NCBI GenBank assembly: GCA_052390235.1
Contig: JBQTHB010000006.1
Span: forward strand, 111,680-175,679
Source of the DNA: Deltaproteobacteria bacterium
Lineage (GTDB): Bacteria > Desulfobacterota_D > UBA1144 > Nemesobacterales > CSP1-2
Direction: 5' to 3'
Length of the DNA stretch: 64,000 nt
Part shown: positions 46,687-55,003 of the stretch, in pieces
How positions within the stretch are numbered: the stretch's first letter is position 1
How the letters are laid out: each line of letters starts with the position of its first letter
Program-made: the position numbers and the translations under genes
Notes under the pieces: generated by a model
The model's database searches: none
What the model was told of the DNA's origin: nothing
Seen by the model: the letters and a program-made list of their open reading frames with translations, nothing else

Positions 46687-48810
46687 ATGGAAGTTGACCA
46701 GTTGTCGCTTGTGATAGTGCTTGTCATAAGCCTGATAGCGCTCAGTTTCGCGGGCTTTTTAGCCAGATACGTGCTTAGCCAAGATACAGGAACGTCGGCG
46801 ATGCAGGAGATAAGTAACGCCATCAAGGAAGGGGCCGAGGCGTTTATGAAGAGGCAGTACTCGACGATTGTCCTAATGAGTGTTGCCCTTGGCGCGATTA
46901 TCTTCTTACTTCTCTATTCATTTGCGAAAGGGGATGCGTCGCTCGCCTGGCGGACGACAGTTGCCTTTTTCTTCGGCGCGGGTTGTTCCGGTCTTGCCGG
47001 ATATATAGGTATGTATATCTCGATTAGGTCGAATATACGCACGGCAAGCGCCGTAAGGTCGAGTCTCGACAAGGCGCTTAAGGTCGCTTTCCGCGGAGGC
47101 GCAGTGTCAGGGGTTACAATTGTCGCCCTGAGTCTCCTCGGCGTGGGAACTCTGTTTGTTCTATTCGGAGGGATGGCTGAGGACGCCGAGGCGGCAAAGA
47201 GAGTGCCATATATGCTCGTTGGATACGGCTTCGGCGCGAGCTTCGTCGCCCTTTTCGCTCAATTAGGGGGCGGAATCTACACGAAAGCCGCTGACGTGGG
47301 CGCGGACTTGGTCGGAAAAGTAGAAGCCGGAATCCCTGAGGATGACCCCAGAAACCCCGCCGTAATTGCGGACTTGGTCGGGGATAACGTCGGCGACTGT
47401 GCCGGGCGCGGAGCGGATTTATTCGAGTCCACAGCGGCTGAGAACATCGGGGCTATGATATTGGGAGTCGCCCTTTTTCCCGTCTTCGGCATCAATGGGA
47501 TATTTTTCCCGCTCGTAACAGGGGCATTCGGTCTTTTAGGGAGCATGGTCGCAATCATGTCCGTAGGGCTTAAGGACGAGAAAGAAGACCCGATGTCGGC
47601 CCTGAACAGGGGATACTACATCGCCTGCGCCCTTGCCGCAGTGGGATTTTATATCGCCACGTACCTGCTCCTCGATAACAATATGTGGCTCTTTATCGCA
47701 GGGCTTATAGGCATCATCACGAGCATCATGTTTGTCTATATCACTCAATACTACACCGAATACAAGTACCGCCCGGTGCAATTCATAGCCGAAGCCTCGC
47801 AAACGGGCCCAGCCACTAACATCATCGCCGGTATTTCCATCGGCTTGGAATGCACGGCGCTTCCGGTGCTTGCCATATCCATAGCGCTTATCAGCTCATT
47901 TTACTGCGGCGTTCAGGGATTGGTCGGCTTTGAAGGCGTATCCTCTGCAAGCGCGGGGCTCTACGGCACGGCTATCGCCACAATGGGAATGCTCGGCACG
48001 GCGGCGTACATCCTCGCCATGGATACTTTCGGTCCCATCACGGACAACGCCGGCGGTATTGTCGAGATGAGCAATCAGCCCGAAGAGGTGAGGCGTAAAA
48101 CCGACAGGCTCGACTCAGTGGGAAACACGACCAAAGCCCTTACAAAGGGCTACGCCATCGGCTCGGCGGCGCTTGCGGCATTCCTGCTGTTCTCGGCTTA
48201 CTTAGACGAGATAGCCCACCTCACCGGAAAGGCTTTCGATACGGTCAATTTGGCTAAAGTCGAGGTGTTCGTAGGGGGGCTTTTGGGGGCGATGCTCGTA
48301 TTCCTGTTCAGCGCGTTCGCCATTAAAGCCGTCGCCAAGGCCGCTTATTACGTCATCAACGACGTGCGCGCTCAGTTCAAGGAAAACCCCGGCATCCTCC
48401 AAGGTACTTCAAAGCCCGATTACGGCAGATGTGTTGACATCGTTACCAGAGGGGCGCTCAGGCAGATGATAGCCCCGGGGCTACTGGCAGTGGGAATGCC
48501 CATAGCCGTAGGGCTTATATTCAAGCAGCTGGGCGTCGGCGCGGAAGCCGTTGCCGGATTCCTGATGGTGGGAACTATCACCGGGATTCTGCTTGCTATA
48601 TTTATGAACAACAGCGGCGGCGCTTGGGACAACACCAAGAAATATATCGAAACCGGATACTATGGGGGAAAGAAATCAGAAACCCATAAGGCGGCTGTCG
48701 TCGGAGACACCGTCGGAGACCCGTTCAAAGATACGGCGGGACCCTCGATTCACGTTCTTATAAAACTGCTCTCTACAATCACTCTGGTGCTTGCGCCGCT
48801 GTTTATTTAG
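46687..48810 (+). CDS. hppA: Membrane-bound proton-translocating pyrophosphatase, K+-independent type
   Basis: GGGIYTKAADVGADLVGKVE, DPRNPAVIADLVGDNVGDCAGRGADLFES, GNTTKALTKGYAIGSAAL, DTVGDPFKDTAGPS. The Lys in GNTTKA is the known K+-independence marker. Confidence 0.95.
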   Translation: MEVDQLSLVIVLVISLIALSFAGFLARYVLSQDTGTSAMQEISNAIKEGAEAFMKRQYSTIVLMSVALGAIIFLLLYSFAKGDASLAWRTTVAFFFGAGCSGLAGYIGMYISIRSNIRTASAVRSSLDKALKVAFRGGAVSGVTIVALSLLGVGTLFVLFGGMAEDAEAAKRVPYMLVGYGFGASFVALFAQLGGGIYTKAADVGADLVGKVEAGIPEDDPRNPAVIADLVGDNVGDCAGRGADLFESTAAENIGAMILGVALFPVFGINGIFFPLVTGAFGLLGSMVAIMSVGLKDEKEDPMSALNRGYYIACALAAVGFYIATYLLLDNNMWLFIAGLIGIITSIMFVYITQYYTEYKYRPVQFIAEASQTGPATNIIAGISIGLECTALPVLAISIALISSFYCGVQGLVGFEGVSSASAGLYGTAIATMGMLGTAAYILAMDTFGPITDNAGGIVEMSNQPEEVRRKTDRLDSVGNTTKALTKGYAIGSAALAAFLLFSAYLDEIAHLTGKAFDTVNLAKVEVFVGGLLGAMLVFLFSAFAIKAVAKAAYYVINDVRAQFKENPGILQGTSKPDYGRCVDIVTRGALRQMIAPGLLAVGMPIAVGLIFKQLGVGAEAVAGFLMVGTITGILLAIFMNNSGGAWDNTKKYIETGYYGGKKSETHKAAVVGDTVGDPFKDTAGPSIHVLIKLLSTITLVLAPLFI

Positions 48811-48820
48811 TAATTGACTA

Positions 48821-48864
48821 AAAAAAGGGAGGAGGCAAATATCGCGCCTTCTCCCCTCTTTTTT
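48821..48864. terminator. Bidirectional rho-independent terminator between hppA and aroK
   Basis: A-tract, GGGAGGAGGC (48827-48836) pairing with GCCTTCTCCC (48846-48855, one G-U), then a T-run to 48864. Confidence 0.6.
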
Positions 48865-48953
48865 ACGGTAGTGTAGGGCGCGGGGTGAATCATGGATTCG
48901 CACCCGAGATTATCCTCAGCCATCTGGGCAGGCCGCATCAAAATTCTCTGCAC

Positions 48954-49493
48954 CTATTGTCCCGGGTAAATATCCAAAAGTTCCCTCGCTATCAGGGAAG
49001 CGACCGACTCAGGGGCTAGTCCTTCGGTGTTCACGGCAATATCGGCTTTTTCATATAGTGGAATCCTTGAGTCGAGCATCTCCACAAGCCTCTCGAAAGG
49101 GTTTTCAACCCGGAGTAGCGGGCGCGACTGATTCCCCTTCACGCGATTCCACAGCGCCTCAGCCGGCGCTCGAAGATACACCGTAACGCCGCCGCTCCGG
49201 CGCATCGCCTGCCAATTCTCTTCCCTCAGCGCTGCCCCCCCTCCGGTGGCAACCACTTGCGCCTCGTGAATGGATACGGATTTAAGCGCGGCGGACTCCG
49301 CATCTCGAAAATACTCCTCGCCGAAACGGGCGAATATCTCAGCTATCGGGATTTTAAGCTCCTTCTCAACGGCATCGTCTAGGTCTAGGAATCTAATCCC
49401 AAGAATTTTGGCAAGGGCCTTTCCCACGGAGCTTTTGCCTGCGCCCATAAAGCCAACTAAAAAAATATTGCGCTGGTGCGGCGTGTTTTGCAT
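48954..49493 (-). CDS. aroK: Shikimate kinase
   Basis: NIFLVGFMGAGKSSVGKALA...DLD...ATGGGA. Confidence 0.9.
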   Translation of the reverse strand: MQNTPHQRNIFLVGFMGAGKSSVGKALAKILGIRFLDLDDAVEKELKIPIAEIFARFGEEYFRDAESAALKSVSIHEAQVVATGGGAALREENWQAMRRSGGVTVYLRAPAEALWNRVKGNQSRPLLRVENPFERLVEMLDSRIPLYEKADIAVNTEGLAPESVASLIARELLDIYPGQ

Positions 49494-49573
49494 GGATGAC
49501 CTCCCTCACGGGCGACATTGGGCTGGCTCGGCGAGCCGAGATAGAGATGGAAAAGATAAAATTCGGCGCTTTC

Positions 49574-50209
49574 TTAGAAATTCTCGAGCATCTGGGCGAT
49601 GGTTTTTTTCTTACTGGGATTTGCCGCCGTCAATTTCTCGACGTACTTTGCGATAATGTCGCACTCAATGTTGACCGCATCGCCCGCCTTGATGTCCGAA
49701 AGCGCCGTCGCCTCCTGAGTGAACGGTATCAAATTCACCGAAAACCTGCTAGCCTCGACCTCATTCACCGTAAGGCTGACTCCGCTCACGGCGATTGACC
49801 CCTTCTCGACGACGTACTTTGACAGCCCTTCGGGAATCGAGAACCACACAACCAGCGACTCCCCCCGGCGGGCGAGCGAGTCCACCCTGCCCACTCCGTC
49901 CACATGACCGTTTACGATATGCCCTCCGAGCCTTCCGCCGACCTTCATTGCCCGCTCCAGATTAACACGACTTCCCGGTTTGAGGTTGCCTAGATTTGTT
50001 CTTCGGAGCGTCTCCTGAGATGCGTCAACCGTAAAGGTGTTGCTCCCAATGGAGGTTACGGTGAGGCAGGCACCGTTGACCGCGATGCTCTCGCCGAGGA
50101 CGAGTTCGCCGGCGGGGATGTTTTTCAGCTCGAAGCTAAGCGCGGCGTCCTTTGCCCCAGCTTTAATCTCCCGAACCCTGCCGATGTCTTCAACTATACC
50201 GGTGAACAT
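49574..50209 (-). CDS. ribE: Riboflavin synthase (alpha chain)
   Basis: MFTGIVEDIGRV...SIAVNGACLTV and a second lumazine-binding repeat SIAVSGVSLTV. Confidence 0.95.
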   Translation of the reverse strand: MFTGIVEDIGRVREIKAGAKDAALSFELKNIPAGELVLGESIAVNGACLTVTSIGSNTFTVDASQETLRRTNLGNLKPGSRVNLERAMKVGGRLGGHIVNGHVDGVGRVDSLARRGESLVVWFSIPEGLSKYVVEKGSIAVSGVSLTVNEVEASRFSVNLIPFTQEATALSDIKAGDAVNIECDIIAKYVEKLTAANPSKKKTIAQMLENF

Positions 50210-50695
50210 TCAGCCCTCCCTCTTCATAAAAAACGTCTCGAACAGAATCAAAATCACGCCCACAGTGATGGCAGAATCCGCAATATTGAACGCTGGCCAG
50301 TGGTAATCTGGGTTCCCGAACCAGTGGACGTCAATAAAATCCACGACATAGCCGTATCTGAATCGGTCAATGGAATTTCCCACTGCGCCTCCGAGAACAA
50401 GCCCAAGAGCGGCAATCAGGAGTTTATGACTCTCGTGAGCAGACCGAAGAAACGTAAATATAGCCGCGACAGCCATCACAAGCACCAGCGCAAAGAGCGG
50501 CATCCGAACCGAATCTGACAGGGTGTTGAGGATTCCGAAAGCCGCTCCAGGGTTTCTCACATAGGTCAGGTCCAAGAATGAAAATACCGCAACCCTCTCG
50601 TAGAGAAAAAAATTAGCCTCAATGAGCCATTTGGTTATTTGATCCGAAACCACAACAAAAGAGGAAATAGAAAGCGCAAGGGCGTATTTATTCAT
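50210..50695 (-). CDS. lspA: Lipoprotein signal peptidase II
   Basis: DQITKW...YVRNPGAAFG...GGAVGNSIDR...VVDFI...PAFNIADSAI. Confidence 0.9.
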   Translation of the reverse strand: MNKYALALSISSFVVVSDQITKWLIEANFFLYERVAVFSFLDLTYVRNPGAAFGILNTLSDSVRMPLFALVLVMAVAAIFTFLRSAHESHKLLIAALGLVLGGAVGNSIDRFRYGYVVDFIDVHWFGNPDYHWPAFNIADSAITVGVILILFETFFMKREG

Positions 50696-50725
50696 CGTGG
50701 CTAGGATTATATCGGCTTCGGGTTG

Positions 50726-52960
50726 CTAGTTCAAATTCTCTCGCATCGCCCACCGGCATCTATCTATAAAATCGAGGGCAAAGCCCCAAGCCCCCGAATC
50801 CGCGGTGCGGGAGGCGCGCCCGATAACATCCGAAGCCTCGCCGTATCTGCCGAGGGCGTAGAGCGCAATCCCCAGAAGCCGCAGGTTTTCTCTACCCAAC
50901 GCGGTGTCCGAGGGAAGTCCTGCGGAGTCCGCTTTGGATAACAGCAAAGACGCTCTCTCATAATCCGAGTTGTTGAAGAACATTCTGCCCAGCAGGTAGT
51001 AAGCCGGAGCAAAGCGGGGGTACTGCGCCGTAAGTTCGGTCAGCGCGGCTAGTTGAGTGAGCTTATCCCTAGTGGAGAAATAGATTTTAATTCGGTTTTG
51101 AATCCCCAATCCGGCGGCGAGGACGGAGAGCTTTATCTCAATCTCTCTGTCAATGTCCGCAGGGAGGGCGGAGTCTCGAAGGGATTTGAAGATAGTCAGC
51201 GCCTCCTTGGATTTGCCCAATTGCCACAGGGCATTTGCCCGAATATTGAGCAGTATATTAGCGTCAACCTCGGAAGCGCCCGCAGGGATTTTGTCGGCAA
51301 CGCGCAGGGTTTCGGGAAAGTCCCGGTCGTAGTAAGAGGCATAGGCTAGGCTCTGCGCGAGCGACGCATCGCCGCCGTCATAGCCCAGAGCCTGCGAAAA
51401 TAGATCCTTCGCCCGATAGAGATTTCCCGATGCAAACGCAGAGACGCCCTCGTCCCTTAGGGCGGCAATCTTTCTCGGACACCTCGCCCCGAATATGGCT
51501 GGCGCGCTGAATCTATATCCGGCCAGAGCGGGGGCTTCGGCGGGCATAGAAATTTTTCCCAGATACCCCCTCCACTCGGACACAAGCCCGTCGAGGTTTT
51601 TTTTATAAATGCCGAAATCCCCCGTGCGGTAGAGGTATTTAAACCTCTCAATGCCGTAATTTTCAATTAAATACCGGCAGAAAGACCCCATCAGCGTATA
51701 GCTCTTCCGAGGGGGCGCGTGCCAGAATCCCAGACCCACGATGTCCTCAATATCGGGCGCGGCGCCGCTGTCAATCATCGCCCTAGACCACTGGTGCGGG
51801 GTAAGCCCGTTTTCGCTCCAATCGGCGGCGACGGCAATACCCTCTACAAGCCCTATTTTCGGGCTAATGCCGAGGATGCGCGTGCCAAACTCAGACGCCA
51901 TAACGTGGACTAGCTCGTGCTTCAGCACGGCATGGGGGAATCCATCGTAAACCAGGTGAATCTCGCGGTGAATGGGATTTGCCACTGTGGTCTCGCCCGC
52001 GCCGATAATTTTTTTGCGCGTCTTCTCGTCTGGATAAATATAAGAGCGGATTTTCTCCCCGGAGCTGACGTTGAGGTATCGCTTCAGTTGATAATAGCGC
52101 CACTCGTGGTCTTCGGCGATGAGTTTTATCATCCTAGCCTCGGGCGAGCCGGGGGAGTAGCGGATAATAAAATGCTCGGTCTCGACGATGCCCTGAAGAA
52201 AATTTCGGGCTACATAGCCCCTGCTGTATATAAAACCGAAATCCTCTCGTTTGACATGGAAGAATAAAATTGCGGCGGCTAGGGGAATCATCGCCAATAC
52301 GGCAGGCAATCTCCGCCCCCACACCTGGGTTCGGGCGAGAGCTAAGCTCGAAGCAATTATAAACCCCGCGCCCCAGCACAGAACACTCACTCTGTAGAGG
52401 ACAAGCGTCGGTGTTATGGCTATAGCCTCGTCGTAGAGAGGCCCGGGGAAAAATCCGAACACGGGGTTATACGAGAAAACTGGCATCTGGGCGTAAAGCC
52501 TCCAGAGCGAGAGCGAAACCGCTCCGATAAGAACGAGCGCGCCGAGAAAAAATCCCTTCCTCGGAAACAGTATCTCTAGTAAAAACCCCAGCGAAGATGA
52601 GAAAAACACGCTGACACAGGGAATCAGCAGGTAGAATATTATCCCCTCTGAAACGGAACAGTCTCCTTTCAGCAGTGATGCCGAAAGCCCGATGATAAAC
52701 GGCAATGCAAGCATTATCAGATTTATCAGGGCAACCGAGCAGAGCATATCGGCAAGCGCAATTCCCCGCGCGGCAGATTTCCTCGCCTCTAGCGCGTATT
52801 CAGCGGAGGAAAAAACGGCGGCAAATGACCCGGCAAATGCCACAACGACCGAAAATTCAAACCCAAGCGCGCCGGCAAGCGGGAGAAAAAGCAGAGCGAG
52901 CGACAGCAAGGAAAGCGCGGCTATCGGAGTAGCAAAGCGTTTCGACAATATTCGAGGCAT
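50726..52960 (-). CDS. Polytopic membrane protein fused to a gluzincin-like (HExxH...E) domain and C-terminal TPR repeats
   Basis: About 250 aa of TM helices, then VLKHELVHVMASEF...GLVEGIAV (HExxH-x20-E), then TPR-like repeats (YRAKDLFSQALGYD..., GKSKEALTIFKSL..., APAYYLLGRMFF..., GRYGEASDVIGRA). Confidence 0.55.
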   Translation of the reverse strand: MPRILSKRFATPIAALSLLSLALLFLPLAGALGFEFSVVVAFAGSFAAVFSSAEYALEARKSAARGIALADMLCSVALINLIMLALPFIIGLSASLLKGDCSVSEGIIFYLLIPCVSVFFSSSLGFLLEILFPRKGFFLGALVLIGAVSLSLWRLYAQMPVFSYNPVFGFFPGPLYDEAIAITPTLVLYRVSVLCWGAGFIIASSLALARTQVWGRRLPAVLAMIPLAAAILFFHVKREDFGFIYSRGYVARNFLQGIVETEHFIIRYSPGSPEARMIKLIAEDHEWRYYQLKRYLNVSSGEKIRSYIYPDEKTRKKIIGAGETTVANPIHREIHLVYDGFPHAVLKHELVHVMASEFGTRILGISPKIGLVEGIAVAADWSENGLTPHQWSRAMIDSGAAPDIEDIVGLGFWHAPPRKSYTLMGSFCRYLIENYGIERFKYLYRTGDFGIYKKNLDGLVSEWRGYLGKISMPAEAPALAGYRFSAPAIFGARCPRKIAALRDEGVSAFASGNLYRAKDLFSQALGYDGGDASLAQSLAYASYYDRDFPETLRVADKIPAGASEVDANILLNIRANALWQLGKSKEALTIFKSLRDSALPADIDREIEIKLSVLAAGLGIQNRIKIYFSTRDKLTQLAALTELTAQYPRFAPAYYLLGRMFFNNSDYERASLLLSKADSAGLPSDTALGRENLRLLGIALYALGRYGEASDVIGRASRTADSGAWGFALDFIDRCRWAMRENLN

Positions 52961-53124
52961 TTTTAGACCTAATTATTCATTATACATATATCACATTCGG
53001 ATGGGGGAGGCATAGCAGATGAGAGCGGATTTAATCCGTCTTTAGGGGAGTTGACGTATATAAGGTTAGTTTGTTCAGGCGTTGAGCGGGAGGAGCGGGA
53101 GGAGCGGGGGGGGGATTGAATTTA

Positions 53125-53153
53125 TTGACACGGAATGTTATATAGAATATAAA
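53125..53153 (+). promoter_or_regulatory. Candidate sigma70 promoter of the duplicated-lipoprotein gene
   Basis: TTGACA (53125-53130), 17 nt, TATAAA (53148-53153). The gene has a strong SD AAGGAGG. Confidence 0.4.
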
Positions 53154-53220
53154 TAAGCTGCGCAAGTGGCAGGTTCGTCCTTTTAATGAAATCAAATAAA
53201 ACCAAAGGAGGATGTAAAAT

Positions 53221-54423
53221 ATGAATAGATTTAAGCGTTTCGGACTGGGAATGTCCGTGGTTTTGCTTTTTGCTTCGGCCTGTGCAACCCCGCCGAAAGA
53301 AGCCGCCGCGCCCGCGCCGACTTCCGCCACACCGGCGGCGGCTCTGCGCACCGCGCTTAACGGTTTGATGCAGGAGCATGTATATTTGGCGGCATTGGCA
53401 ACTGGAGCGGCCCTAGGTGGTCGCAACGCCGAATTCCAAGCGGCGGCGGCGGCTCTTGATGCCAACTCCGTAGCGATAGCCGACGCAAACGGCTCAGTCT
53501 ATGGCCCTGAAGCTGGAGCGGCTTTCCTTCCCCTGTGGCGCAAGCACATCGGAATGGTCGTTGACTACACCGTTGGCGTAGCTACGAAAAACAAAGCCAA
53601 GCAAGACAAAGCCGTAGCCGACCTCGTACAGTACAGCAAGGATTTCGGCGCGTTTCTCAACTCCGCAAGCCCGGCTCTTCCGCCGGACGCGGTAGCGGAG
53701 CTTGTAAAGGGACATATCCTAACCCTTAAGCCTGTGATTGACGCTCAGGCATCGGGAGACTTCACGAAGGCTTACACCGCCCTGCGCGACGCGGCTGGAC
53801 ATATGCCGATGATAGCCGACGCCCACGCTTCCACAATTGTAAAACAGTTCCCGGAGAAATTCAGCGGCTCTTCCGATACCTCAGCCGCCGCCTTGCGCTC
53901 GGCTCTTAGCCTGCTCATTAAAGAGCATGTATATCTAGCCGCCGCCGCGACCGGAGCCGCGCTCGGAGGCCGCACGGCTGAATTCCAAGCCGCCGCCGCC
54001 GCCCTTGACGCAAACTCCATAGCCCTGGCAAAAGCTAACGGCTCAGTGTATGGCCCTGAAGCCGAAGCCGCGTTCCTTCCCCTGTGGCGCAAACACATCG
54101 GAATGGTCGTTGACTACACCGTAGGACTCGCCACAAAAGACAAGGCAAAGCAGGATAAAGCCGTAGGCGACCTCGTGCAGTACAGCAAGGATTTCGGCGC
54201 GTTTCTCAACTCCGCAAGCCCGGCTCTTCCGGCTGATGCAGTGGCGGAACTGGTGAAAGGACACATCCTCAGCCTCAAAACTGTGATTGACGCTCAGGCG
54301 GCAGGGGATCAGGCAAAGGTCTATACCTCCCTCCGCGAGGCAGTACACCACATGCAGATGATTTCCGACGCTCACGCCGAGACGATAGTGCAACAGTTCC
54401 CGGCTAAATTTGCGGTAAAGTAA
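53221..54423 (+). CDS. Lipoprotein made of two tandem copies of a roughly 180-aa helical domain, unknown family
   Basis: Lipobox LLFASAC. Residues 39-221 and 222-400 align end to end (EHVYLAA.ATGAALGGR.AEFQAAAAALDANS...FLPLWRKHIGMVVDYTVG...DLVQYSKDFGAFLNSASPALP.DAVAELVKGHIL...HM.MI.DAHA..IV.QFP.KF). Confidence 0.8.
   Translation: MNRFKRFGLGMSVVLLFASACATPPKEAAAPAPTSATPAAALRTALNGLMQEHVYLAALATGAALGGRNAEFQAAAAALDANSVAIADANGSVYGPEAGAAFLPLWRKHIGMVVDYTVGVATKNKAKQDKAVADLVQYSKDFGAFLNSASPALPPDAVAELVKGHILTLKPVIDAQASGDFTKAYTALRDAAGHMPMIADAHASTIVKQFPEKFSGSSDTSAAALRSALSLLIKEHVYLAAAATGAALGGRTAEFQAAAAALDANSIALAKANGSVYGPEAEAAFLPLWRKHIGMVVDYTVGLATKDKAKQDKAVGDLVQYSKDFGAFLNSASPALPADAVAELVKGHILSLKTVIDAQAAGDQAKVYTSLREAVHHMQMISDAHAETIVQQFPAKFAVK
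53335..54420 (+). repeat. Intragenic tandem duplication, period 549 nt (two copies)
   Basis: Copy 1 is 53335-53883 and copy 2 is 53884-54420. Long identical nucleotide runs, e.g. CAGTACAGCAAGGATTTCGGCGCGTTTCTCAACTCCGCAAGCCCGGCTCTTCCG in both. Confidence 0.9.
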
Positions 54424-54462
54424 AATTATCGGGAAACACAGAAAAATATATTGTATAATCTC

Positions 54463-54506
54463 AAGGCGACGGTTTCATTACATCAAAGGAGCCGTCGCCT
54501 TTTTTT
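54463..54506 (+). terminator. Hairpin plus T-run between the duplicated-lipoprotein and cupredoxin genes
   Basis: AAGGCGACGG (54463-54472) pairs with CCGTCGCCTT (54492-54501); T-run to 54506; 19-nt loop. Confidence 0.55.
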
Positions 54507-54528
54507 ATACTAATTCAAGGAGGAAACA

Positions 54529-54999
54529 ATGAAATATAAATCCATAGCCGCCATCATAATAAGCGCCTCTGCCCTAGTCCTATCTTCCGGCGCAGTATCT
54601 TACGGATGCGATACCGCATCTAAAGCCTCAGCCGAGGAGGGTGTCAAAACCCAGAGCGTTAAAACCGATGCCCCCCCAACCCAGACCGCGTCAAACAAGT
54701 CCGAGCCGGTAAGCGTTGACATTAAACTGTTCACCTTCAAGCCGGGGGTTATAGAAATTCCCGAAGGCGCGACGATTACCTGGACTAACGGAGACGCCAT
54801 CGAACACAGCGTTACAAATGGCACTCCTGAGAAAACGGGCGATGCCTTTGACTCGGACTACTTTACCAAGGGGCAAACCTACTCATTTACATTTGCCAAA
54901 GCCGGGGAATACCCATACTTTTGCAAGAGGCACACCAACATGGTAGGCTCAGTAAAAGTAGTCCCTGCCGCCCCAGGCCATTCGGGACACTCGTACTAA
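54529..54999 (+). CDS. Type-1 copper (cupredoxin, amicyanin/plastocyanin-like) protein, secreted
   Basis: Signal peptide. Ligand pattern His (AIEHSV) ... C-x2-H-x2-M (YFCKRHTNM). GATITWTNGD and GEYPYFC beta-strand motifs. His-rich tail PGHSGHSY. Confidence 0.8.
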   Translation: MKYKSIAAIIISASALVLSSGAVSYGCDTASKASAEEGVKTQSVKTDAPPTQTASNKSEPVSVDIKLFTFKPGVIEIPEGATITWTNGDAIEHSVTNGTPEKTGDAFDSDYFTKGQTYSFTFAKAGEYPYFCKRHTNMVGSVKVVPAAPGHSGHSY

Positions 55000-55003
55000 C
55001 CCG

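Noticed and set aside
54454-54459. Independent promoter for the cupredoxin gene (TATAAT at 54454-54459)
   Set aside because: The -10 is perfect, but the best -35 at 17-nt spacing is GGGAAA (3 of 6). The TG lies immediately adjacent rather than at the extended -10 position. Evidence is insufficient to call a promoter.
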